Shown in pieces: positions 40,584-48,915 of a stretch of 64,000 nt of DNA. Each line of letters starts with the position of its first letter. Position 1 is the stretch's first letter. The stretch comes from an uncultured Pseudomonadota bacterium. Its GTDB lineage: Bacteria > Oederibacteriota > Muellerivitia > Muellerivitales > Muellerivitaceae. The stretch covers positions 1 to 64,000 of the forward strand of contig CAVYRH010000008.1 of assembly GCA_963770835.1 (NCBI GenBank), in the 5' to 3' direction. Made by a program: the position numbers and the translations under genes. Under the pieces are notes generated by a model. It made no database searches, was not told the origin of the DNA, and saw only the letters and a list, made by a program, of their open reading frames with translations.

Positions 40584-41334
40584 TCAAATAAAGTCCCGTG
40601 GATCCTTGACCCCCAAATTCTCCTTTGAGAAAAACGGCTCGCCCGTTTGGGTGCCGATCATGGCCCCAAAATAACGGTTCATGACGTTGATATGTTCCAG
40701 TGCCCGGCTATCCCGGCTTCTTGATGAACTGGCTTTCATAACAACGCACCGCGGCCAGCTTGCGTTCGTGGTGGGCCGAGGTATCCACGATAAAGGAAGG
40801 CTGGACGTTGGGCCGCAGGTGGGAGCAAAGGTGGTAGTAAAACTTGGGCGGGTACCAGGGGTCGCCCTTCATGTCGGTTTTCACCAGCTTGGCCCAAAAC
40901 CGGGCGGCTTGCACTAATTGGCTGGCGCCCCAGTGGTCGGGATGCGCATCCACCCAGTAGGGGGCGAAAACGATGGCGGGTCTGTAGCGCCGCATGACCT
41001 CGGCCACTTTGCGGCGGGCCGGGAGGGTATCCATGAGTTCCCGGTTCTTCAGGGGCAGGATGAGATAGTCGTCCATCCTCAGAATCCGGGCGGCGGCCTT
41101 GGCTTCCTTCAGGCGGGTGTTATGGTTCCCATAGGGGGTCGGCTCCCCGTCGGTCAAATGGCAGACCACCACCTTGGCCCCTTGGGCTTTCAGGGAAAGA
41201 AGGGTGCCCCCCATGGCGATTTCCACGTCGTCGGGGTGGGCCCCGAAAGCCAGGACATCCACCAGCGCGCCGCTTCCTGACGTTCCCCCGGGTGCCACGG
41301 TCTCAAAGGTTTGGATTTTTCTTTTAGATGCCAA
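40584..41334 (-). CDS. BshB1/LmbE (PIG-L)-family deacetylase, with one +1 indel
   Basis: AHPDDVE, HPDH, RCYESQF. Removing one base at 40712-40714 continues into RYFGAMIGTQTGEPF to TGA at 40584. TTG start with GGAGGG RBS. Confidence 0.85.
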
Positions 41335-41365
41335 CAAAACCCTCCCAAAACAAACAGCCAAAATA

Positions 41366-41458
41366 TTGAACCACAGAGTACACAGAGTTTAAGATTTAGA
41401 TTTTGATTGAACCCAAGCCAAATCCTTACTCTGTATACTCCGTACACTCTGTGGTTAA
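41366..41458. repeat. Intergenic periodic palindromic element
   Basis: TTGAACCACAGAGTACACAGAGT ... ACTCTGTATACTCCGTACACTCTGTGGTTAA. Confidence 0.75.
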
Positions 41459-41477
41459 TTGGTTTTTGCGGTTAAAC

Positions 41478-41508
41478 AAAAAAGGCCTCCCCTTTTCGGG
41501 GAGGCCTT
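41478..41508 (-). terminator. Intrinsic terminator of the cold-shock gene
   Basis: Minus strand AAGGCCTCCCC-GAAAA-GGGGAGGCCTT then a T-run. Confidence 0.88.
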
Positions 41509-41522
41509 GGAATAGGTGTCGT

Positions 41523-41729
41523 TTAGGCTCCCGTCTTTGTGACGTTCGCCGCTTGCTTGCCCTTCGCCCCCTGCACGATCTCAAACGTTACTTCCTGCCC
41601 CGCCGTCAGGGTCTTGAACCCATCGCCCTGGATGGCCGAAAAATGGACGAACACGTCCTCCCCGCCCTCCTGCTCGATGAACCCATATCCCTTCCCGGCA
41701 TTGAACCACTTCACGCGCCCGGTTGGCAT
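41523..41729 (-). CDS. Cold-shock protein (CspA family)
   Basis: [27 protein letters not shown]; 68 aa. Confidence 0.96.
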   Translation of the reverse strand: MPTGRVKWFNAGKGYGFIEQEGGEDVFVHFSAIQGDGFKTLTAGQEVTFEIVQGAKGKQAANVTKTGA

Positions 41730-41976
41730 CTTTCCGACCCTTCCTTTTCCGCATCGGTATTTCCCTTGCCCACCCCAGTGGCTCCCCTCCGTCGCGTTCC
41801 TGTTACAGGGATGCCGACTCAAGATGCCGCCGGCGGACAAGCCCATCGCTACTGATGCTTACCGCGATGTCATCTCAAGTTTAACGGAAAGAACCGTTTG
41901 TTTTCAATGGCTTTCCCCAAATCCCTGCGGTGGAATCCTTGCTCTTCACACCGGAGGTGGAATCGGGGGGCCCGAT

Positions 41977-44325
41977 TTATTTCTTGTCGAAAACCAGTAT
42001 GTCAACCTTGTCAGCGCGGCCCCGCGAGTCCACCACCGAGACTTCCCACTTTCCCTGCTCCGGGTCGAGGAAAAAGATCTTGTCGGGTTTTCCCTCATGA
42101 ACCAGCCGCCCGTTCAAGAACCAGTAAACCTCGTCCACATCCGGCCCGGCCTGCACCGAAAGGCTGATCCTTTGGGTTTCCAAAGAAATCCCCTGCTGGA
42201 TCTCGTACTTCCCCTCGGGCTGGGGCGAGGTGATATGGGGGTTGAAACGCGAATAAAAATAAGCGCAATCGGGGTTGTGCCGGGGGATGGGCTCGAACCT
42301 TTGACCGTGGCTCCTCAAAAACCGGGTCACGTCCGGCGGCCAAACCTCGAAAACCCTCGAAGTGTACTCCTCGGGCTTGCCGGTCATGCAGTACCGGCAT
42401 ACCTCAAAAACGCCCTTTTTCTTGATCCAAACCCGCCGGTGCACTGGACAGGTCTCGTTGCCGCTCACACCGGGGATGAACTCGTCCTCAATCACATCCT
42501 TGCAGTCATCCCCTGCCGGCTGCCCTGAAAGGGCGCAGATTTTACGCACCCGCACTCCCGGGGGCCTCTTGAACCAGGAGTCGTTGGAGCGGGTCAGCTC
42601 GTTGAAGAGGTTAATGACCACCGGCGCCGCCGCGTCATGCCCAATAAGGGCGGCCGAACCGCTGTTGTCGGCATTGCCCAGCCACACGCCGATGGTGGTG
42701 TCGGGGGTATAACCCACGCACCAGGCGTCCCGGTGGCCGAAGGAGGTGCCGGTCTTGAAAGCCACCTTGGCGCGGGTGGGCGAGAATTCCCAGGAAGCCG
42801 GCAAGTCGGTGCGCTCGACCTTGGAGAGCATCTCCGAAACCAGGTAGCTGGCCTCCGGTGAAAGAAGGGGTTTTCCTTTCAGAGCCTCCGGTCCCAGCGG
42901 CTCGTTCTCGAAGAACCTTAGTTCCCTCATTCGCCCCCCATTGGCCAGGGCCGCGTAAAGCCGAACCATTTCCTCCATGGTCATAGGGTAGGCCCCCAGC
43001 ACCACCGAAAGGCCGGGCTCGTCCTGGCCCCGCCCCCGGCCCACACAGCCCACCGCTTTGATCCAAAACTCCAGGCCGTCGTTGCCCATGGATTCCAGGG
43101 ACGCTTCCAGCCCCACCGCCGGAACGTTCAGGGAGTGGGCCAAGGCATCCTCCGCCGTCACCAGGCCCTGGTGCTTACCTTCGTAATTGACGGGCTGAAA
43201 GCCGCCGTAATCGCGGGGGATGTCGTAAAGAATGCTCTTGGGCGTAATCAACCCGTGGTCGATGGCCAAACCATAAAGGAAGGGCTTTAGGGCCGAACCC
43301 GGCGACCGGGTAATGTTGGCCCCGTTCACCTGCCCTCCCTGGGGGTCGTGAAAATCCGGGCTGCCGACGTAGGCCAGCACCCGCATGGTGTGGTTGTCCA
43401 CGATTATCACTGCGCCGTTGTGAACACCCCGGTTCTTCAATACCCCCACCGCCCCGCTCAACAGGCGCTGGGCCAGCCCCTGCAGGTTGGGGTCCACCGT
43501 CAGGGTGATAATGCCCTGGGCGCGGCCCTTCATTTGGGAGGCCCGGGCCACCAAGTGCGGCGCGGGGTTGGGGTTGGCGAAGCGGCCCTTTGGCAGCATG
43601 GAATGGTAGGCTTCCTCGGCCTGGTCCTTTGGCGGGTTGATGATGGGGAGGATTTGCGTTAAGACCTTGTCCCTCCCCTCCTTGGCCCTCTCCGGATAGC
43701 GGTCCGGCCGCCGCGCGGCGGGCGACCGGGGCAGGCTGATCAAAAGCGCGGTCTCCCCCCAGGACAACTTCTCCGCGGGCTTCCCGAAATAAAGGAGGGA
43801 CGCCGCCCCAACTCCCTCGATATTGCCGCCCATGGGCACACTATTAAGGTAGAACTCCAGGATTTGTTTCTTGGAATACCGGGCTTCCAACTGCATGGCC
43901 CGGAAAGTTTCGATGGCCTTGGCCCAGAAAGTCCGGGGCCTGCGGTCCAGGAGCTTGGCCACCTGCATGGTGATAGTGGAGGCACCAGAGACGATTTTGT
44001 GGTGGGTCAGGTCTAGATAAACAGCTCTTATGAGGGCCACGGGGTTGACGCCGTAATGCCAGTAAAACCAACGGTCTTCATAGGCCGTAAAACCCTGGAT
44101 GACTTGGGGTGAGATGTCTTCCAGCTTTAGGGGCAGGCGATACTTGCCGCTTTTGGAAACGGACAGGCGCAGAAGGCTTCCGTCCGATGCCAGATAAGCG
44201 GTTGAATAGTCGCCTCGGAGCTTTTCAACCGGAAGGGGGAGGATGCGTAAAAGAACGTAAAAACCGATTAGAGCAAAAAAGAAACGAAAGAAAAACCGCC
44301 CCGGACTCTTAAAAAGCCATTTCAT
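41977..44325 (-). CDS. pbpC: Penicillin-binding protein 1C
   Basis: EDRWFYWHYGVN, GASTITMQ, PGSALKP, SLN, KTGTSFG, C-terminal BiPBP_C-like region (YWFLNG, VDSRG). Confidence 0.93.
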   Translation of the reverse strand: MKWLFKSPGRFFFRFFFALIGFYVLLRILPLPVEKLRGDYSTAYLASDGSLLRLSVSKSGKYRLPLKLEDISPQVIQGFTAYEDRWFYWHYGVNPVALIRAVYLDLTHHKIVSGASTITMQVAKLLDRRPRTFWAKAIETFRAMQLEARYSKKQILEFYLNSVPMGGNIEGVGAASLLYFGKPAEKLSWGETALLISLPRSPAARRPDRYPERAKEGRDKVLTQILPIINPPKDQAEEAYHSMLPKGRFANPNPAPHLVARASQMKGRAQGIITLTVDPNLQGLAQRLLSGAVGVLKNRGVHNGAVIIVDNHTMRVLAYVGSPDFHDPQGGQVNGANITRSPGSALKPFLYGLAIDHGLITPKSILYDIPRDYGGFQPVNYEGKHQGLVTAEDALAHSLNVPAVGLEASLESMGNDGLEFWIKAVGCVGRGRGQDEPGLSVVLGAYPMTMEEMVRLYAALANGGRMRELRFFENEPLGPEALKGKPLLSPEASYLVSEMLSKVERTDLPASWEFSPTRAKVAFKTGTSFGHRDAWCVGYTPDTTIGVWLGNADNSGSAALIGHDAAAPVVINLFNELTRSNDSWFKRPPGVRVRKICALSGQPAGDDCKDVIEDEFIPGVSGNETCPVHRRVWIKKKGVFEVCRYCMTGKPEEYTSRVFEVWPPDVTRFLRSHGQRFEPIPRHNPDCAYFYSRFNPHITSPQPEGKYEIQQGISLETQRISLSVQAGPDVDEVYWFLNGRLVHEGKPDKIFFLDPEQGKWEVSVVDSRGRADKVDILVFDKK

Positions 44326-44457
44326 GGAATGTATTACAGCGGTTTTTCAAGGACCGGGCTATCCTTTTTTATCCGGGGTTTTTGTCCAAGCCATCCTCCA
44401 GCGGAAATATAACAAGAGTGTCGGCAGCCAGACCCAAAGAAACTCAAGAAATGATCC

Positions 44458-45399
44458 CTACCCATTTTCTGGCGGCCAAATAAAAACGCCCTCCGAGGCC
44501 GCCATTGCGCGAGTTGCCAGTTCGGGGTCAAACAGACCCCGGCGGAGGATCTCCTTCCAAAAGGCATCACCACCCTCAGCCTCAATAGGAATCGAATAGC
44601 TTTCCGGGCGGGTTTTGGTAAAAACATAGATACCATCCGAAGCCATGAAATCCCCTGCCATGAAAACAATTCGGACGACATCCTTCCAATAAAAGAACTG
44701 TTCCCATGCTTCCTGTCCTGGGGGTGATGCATGGCTAACCACTTTCTCCTGGTCAAACGCGATATGGAACCATTCCTTCAGTTGCTTACTTTTGTAGTTT
44801 TTTTTATGAAATAGGCTGGCTAAGCCTATTGGGATTTCATCATTTCCCTTCCAAAGCGCCCTCGCGACCTTTTTAACTGCTTTAAACACTCCGTAAAGAA
44901 AAAAGGTCGGCAACCAGACCCACAGAAACTCCGATTCGATAATCCGGATGGCACGTCCCCCATAAAAATGGCTGACACCCAAGGGGGAAACGACTATCGG
45001 TCTCCAGGGAAAGAAATACCGTGCGTTGCTGAAGGGCCAGAAAAAAGCAATGCCGCGGCCCCCATCGGTGCATGCGTCCAGCATTCCATGTGAAACGGAA
45101 ACGAGGAAAAAGCACACCCATAAGGCCCACCAAGGCCGGGAGAACCGCTTTTCGTACCGAAAAAGCAGTTCCACCGCAACCCAAGCCAGTATCAAGGCGA
45201 AAAAGATGGAATGGGTGAACCCCCGGTGTCCCCAGGGACTGCCCAAGGGGACTCCAAACCAGTACCCAATGACGTCCACATCGGGAAAAGCCGCGCAAAC
45301 CGCCAGCCCTACCCAGAACCGGGCGGGCATTTTCCGTCCCTCTTTAAAAACTTTGCCGATGACGGTTCCAACGAAGGCATGGGTAAAAGCTGAGGCCAT
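44458..45399 (-). CDS. YdjM-like inner-membrane metal-dependent hydrolase with an extra C-terminal soluble domain
   Basis: TH, PDVD, HRGFTHS, SHGMLD, RYFFPWRPI; then about 125 more residues. Confidence 0.8.
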   Translation of the reverse strand: MASAFTHAFVGTVIGKVFKEGRKMPARFWVGLAVCAAFPDVDVIGYWFGVPLGSPWGHRGFTHSIFFALILAWVAVELLFRYEKRFSRPWWALWVCFFLVSVSHGMLDACTDGGRGIAFFWPFSNARYFFPWRPIVVSPLGVSHFYGGRAIRIIESEFLWVWLPTFFLYGVFKAVKKVARALWKGNDEIPIGLASLFHKKNYKSKQLKEWFHIAFDQEKVVSHASPPGQEAWEQFFYWKDVVRIVFMAGDFMASDGIYVFTKTRPESYSIPIEAEGGDAFWKEILRRGLFDPELATRAMAASEGVFIWPPENG

Positions 45400-45445
45400 G
45401 GATTCTCTTTTGGTTTTTGATGATGCCGCGGTTTGCTGTTTGCTT

Positions 45446-45565
45446 TAGGTGAACAGCTTGAGATTGTAGTTGGCCCCAAGGGGCCAACCATGGTTGCCCG
45501 AATTCAGGACAACTACCACAAGCCTGGTTCAAACCTACTGGTCGGGCCTGAAGTGGCCCGACCAC
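45446..45565. repeat. REP-like palindrome cluster
   Basis: GTAG-TTGGCCCC-AA-GGGGCCAAC, an inverted partner ending CAACTAC, and the hairpin TGGTCGGGCC-TGAAGT-GGCCCGACCA. Confidence 0.65.
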
Positions 45566-45635
45566 GATTGGGGCTGAACCTCGCAATGATAGCTAAAGAC
45601 AAAGGTTACTTTATAACTGATAGGTTAGCGAGTTT

Positions 45636-46607
45636 TTAACTGTCCTTGAAATACCTTTTCACGAAAACCAGGTAACCCAAGACCAAAACGGCCCCTAAGG
45701 CAAGTTGGATGACCATGAAATTCGAATCCAGCAGGCCTGTTTTACGGATATTCTCAATCGCCTCAGGCGGGAAGTTCATCATTTGGTACATCTCCAACAA
45801 ACCAACCCGGGAAAAGGTCAGCAAAGCGGAGACATAACCCACCACGGAAAATCCTAGGGCCACCCACCAAGCCGTAGTCTTGAGCTTATAAAACCCCCAG
45901 CATAGGTATCCGATGAGAATCAGCGTTATCACCGTGGCCAAAGCGCCTGGAAGTCCCGAAATGAGCTTTCCAAAGAAAGGAAAGATGAACCCATAAACAG
46001 GCATGATTAGGGCAATAGCCACAAAACCGAAACCATAGAGGAAGCTGAAAGCCAAAACCGGGAGGGGGCAATGGTCGGTCCAACGGGTTTCCGGGTCCTT
46101 GGCCTCGCAAGTAGCCTTCACATGGGGACTGCGGTAAAAAAGAACGAGGGCGCCCGGGATCAAGACGTAAATCACCAGGAAAATAACCCCCAGGAATATC
46201 ATGGTGAACCATTTGACGAAATTGGCCTCCCCGGCGCTTGGCATGGTATCACTCAAATGGTCCAGCATAGTCGGCATGATCACCAAAAGAATCACACCCG
46301 CGATGATCCCCCCCACCAGCCACATCCAAGAAAGGACCAAAAGCAGCGCCCGGGCCCAGCGTCTGGCCTGGACGGAACCCACCCCCAGCCAAATCAGCAA
46401 GACGGCGATCGCCAGGTAGAACAAGGAACCGATCCAGGGCGTGGGAGGGGCATTGGGAAGCTTAACGAACAGGCTCACCAACAAGACACAGATTCCCATG
46501 AACCCGGCGGCCACGCCCATGAGAATCTCAAAAACTCCGAATAGGACCAATCCTGTCGACCGGTCTTTATAGTCTGCCGTCGTAATTTTCGGGGCCATGG
46601 AGACCAC
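45636..46607 (-). CDS. Hypothetical polytopic membrane protein
   Basis: About eight TM segments in two similar halves; alternative ATG at 46598. Confidence 0.8.
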   Translation of the reverse strand: MVSMAPKITTADYKDRSTGLVLFGVFEILMGVAAGFMGICVLLVSLFVKLPNAPPTPWIGSLFYLAIAVLLIWLGVGSVQARRWARALLLVLSWMWLVGGIIAGVILLVIMPTMLDHLSDTMPSAGEANFVKWFTMIFLGVIFLVIYVLIPGALVLFYRSPHVKATCEAKDPETRWTDHCPLPVLAFSFLYGFGFVAIALIMPVYGFIFPFFGKLISGLPGALATVITLILIGYLCWGFYKLKTTAWWVALGFSVVGYVSALLTFSRVGLLEMYQMMNFPPEAIENIRKTGLLDSNFMVIQLALGAVLVLGYLVFVKRYFKDS

Positions 46608-46643
46608 CTTTCAAAATAAATTCAGTACTATCTTTATCCCGAA

Positions 46644-47339
46644 TTAGGAATGGTTTTCAATCGTCAAGGGTTCCGGAACAACCATCCGCCTTCTTTGGGA
46701 TTCCAGCGCCTTTCGCCTCTGGTCCACCTGTTCAATGAAGTTCGCCCGGTCCTTTTTCCAAAGCTTGGACAAGTCGTCGTTTTCGCCCATGATCATCCAG
46801 GGAACGGCTTGGGAAATCTGGCTTAAGAACAAATCCACCTTTTTGGCGTCGGTCGTCCTAGTGCTGCTCAGGCTTTTCCCCGAGCGGAAATGAACAATGG
46901 CTTGGGAGTAGAGAAGATATTCTGCGTGGCTCTCCTTCCGGTAAGCCCAAACCGCCTCCTTCAGGGACTCCAATTCCAAATTGAAAAATCCCCGCTTCAA
47001 AAGCCATGAGCGGCCGAGGGACAAACCGAGGAAATCCTGCGACTGGTCCAAGTCCTGGTCGACGGATTCCACCGCGCCGAAACCCGAAGTTCGGACTTTT
47101 TCTAGGAACGGATGGGATTCGGGCTCCCGGCTGCGGCGGAGATACTTCTCGAGGTTCCAAAGGGATAGGACGACGAAAGGAGCGGCCAGGACATACCAAA
47201 AATAAGATTCGGGCTCCTTGGCGACCCCGTACATGAAAGGAATGCTCCCCACTGCCACGGCGGCCATTAAGAGTAGCGCGTTGCACCAAAGCAGGTTGAA
47301 ATCTGCCTTTTTAATTTCAACCGCGAGGGAACGCGCCAT
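46644..47339 (-). CDS. Hypothetical membrane protein (two TMs plus a cytoplasmic domain)
   Basis: Hydrophobic N-terminus; VWAYRK and VPWMIMG segments. Confidence 0.7.
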   Translation of the reverse strand: MARSLAVEIKKADFNLLWCNALLLMAAVAVGSIPFMYGVAKEPESYFWYVLAAPFVVLSLWNLEKYLRRSREPESHPFLEKVRTSGFGAVESVDQDLDQSQDFLGLSLGRSWLLKRGFFNLELESLKEAVWAYRKESHAEYLLYSQAIVHFRSGKSLSSTRTTDAKKVDLFLSQISQAVPWMIMGENDDLSKLWKKDRANFIEQVDQRRKALESQRRRMVVPEPLTIENHS

Positions 47340-47349
47340 ATCCGTGAAG

Positions 47350-47913
47350 TCAGGTTTTCGGGGCGCTTTGGGCGGTAGGTACGGGTTTTTCCGTGACTTC
47401 CATGATTATCCCGGCTACCTCCAAGCCGAAGTAGCCCAAGATTACCAGGGAACACAAAGCAAGCCGTATTTTCCCGGCGCGGCCGAAAAGAAGCCCCACC
47501 AACGATAAAGAGAACAAGAACTGGGCTACGGCTGAGAATATGTCGCCTTGGACGATGTTAATAACGGTAAAAACAACCCCGCCGGCAATCGCGGCGAACT
47601 TGGCCCATGTCAGGGCCGAGGGCTTGCCGGAGAATAAATAGATCCCGATGACAACGCTCACCAGTGCCCCCCGAAGCCCACGGACCGAATCGCTGTCCTT
47701 GGTCAGGACGGCTTCGGCCACTAGGGCCAATCCGTTCAGGATCAGCACGACGGCGGCGATCTTTTGGCCCATGGTCAGTTCGATCTTGGCCGGCTTGGCC
47801 TTGGCGATCTGGGCTCCGCAACTGGGGCAAGCGATGGCCTTTTCCACCAAGCTGGCCCCGCATTTGGGGCAAAGATTTCCTTGGGGCTGGGATATAGCGG
47901 CTGCGTCACTCAT
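47350..47913 (-). CDS. Zinc-ribbon membrane protein
   Basis: CPKCG..CPSCG followed by about five TMs; GGAGG RBS. Confidence 0.8.
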   Translation of the reverse strand: MSDAAAISQPQGNLCPKCGASLVEKAIACPSCGAQIAKAKPAKIELTMGQKIAAVVLILNGLALVAEAVLTKDSDSVRGLRGALVSVVIGIYLFSGKPSALTWAKFAAIAGGVVFTVINIVQGDIFSAVAQFLFSLSLVGLLFGRAGKIRLALCSLVILGYFGLEVAGIIMEVTEKPVPTAQSAPKT

Positions 47914-47934
47914 AGCGCCTCCTTAAAAATAAAA

Positions 47935-48189
47935 TTATCCTTCCTCTTCATCCTCTTCCTGATCCACCAACTCAATGGCCTCCACCGAACTGAAGGGATA
48001 CATGCCGTCAATCTGGCCATTCGCCTTTTTGACCACGTAATGGGCGGTGTTCCCGACCGCCACCGCCTCGATGATACAACCGGGGTCGTGGTCGTATTCA
48101 TCGTCCGGCCGGTCGATGACGTAGACCTTGTAATAAGGCTGGAACCTGGCGGCTTTTCCCGCCGGCTTTGCTTCTTCGAATAAACTCAT
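47935..48189 (-). CDS. Small acidic hypothetical protein
   Basis: AAGGAGG RBS; 84 aa. Confidence 0.75.
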   Translation of the reverse strand: MSLFEEAKPAGKAARFQPYYKVYVIDRPDDEYDHDPGCIIEAVAVGNTAHYVVKKANGQIDGMYPFSSVEAIELVDQEEDEEEG

Positions 48190-48260
48190 TTTCCCCTCCT
48201 TAAAACAATAAGTAATAGATCGTCACTGGCCGTCGTTAATACTTTGCGGGGGGCACTCCC

Positions 48261-48907
48261 CTATTCTTCGACCAACTCTTCCACCTTTTCAGGGTCAACC
48301 GTTCCATCTGCCTTGACGTCCTCGGCCCGGACGATGCCGATGCCCCTTTGGTAATAAGTGCGGGTATGAAAATGGTCTCCATGGTCGTCCCAGGTCTCGT
48401 CGGCAACGACACAATCGGGATAGAGCTTCATCGAATTATGGGCCTGTCCGAAATAAAATCGGCCAATCATCCGGCCGCCCCGATAGGGATAATTCTCACG
48501 CAAATCTCCGTGGGCACCCGCCAGGGGGCACTCAAGGAAAATCCTTTTCTGCTTCTCCGGATATCGCTTCCCGTCAACTTCGCCGACCTGATCCGGGGAA
48601 ACGGCAAAATAGGGATTCACGGTCAGGTGATAGATCTCTTTTGTGTCTGATTTGTCGAAATGCACGGTCAATTGATAATCGGCGTGGAAAGAGGCTCCGA
48701 TACCCTTATTGCTGACGTCCTGAAGGCCGATGATCTCGTAGTCATAACTTACAATGCTGCCTGGGGAGGGTTTTTGAGCCTTTGAAGCCTGTTTACCTTC
48801 CCTTTCGTCAGGGGAAAATACCCGCCTACCAAGTCCGGCTTTTTACCGCAAGAGGCTAGGCACACCGCCACCAACAAGGCGGCGCAAAAGACAGGTTGTT
48901 TTTTCAT
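48261..48907 (-). CDS. Putative lipoprotein with a frameshift near 48780-48800
   Basis: ATG 48907: MKKQPVFCAALLVAVCLASC (lipobox) ..YFPLTKG. This frame stops early, while another frame continues into the 48261..48671 ORF (YYQRGIGIVR). Span is 647 nt, not a multiple of 3. Confidence 0.65.
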
Positions 48908-48915
48908 GTCGCCCC

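Noticed and set aside
40708..40710. TAG read-through or pyrrolysine in the deacetylase
   Set aside because: The conserved C-terminus lies in a different frame, so this is an indel
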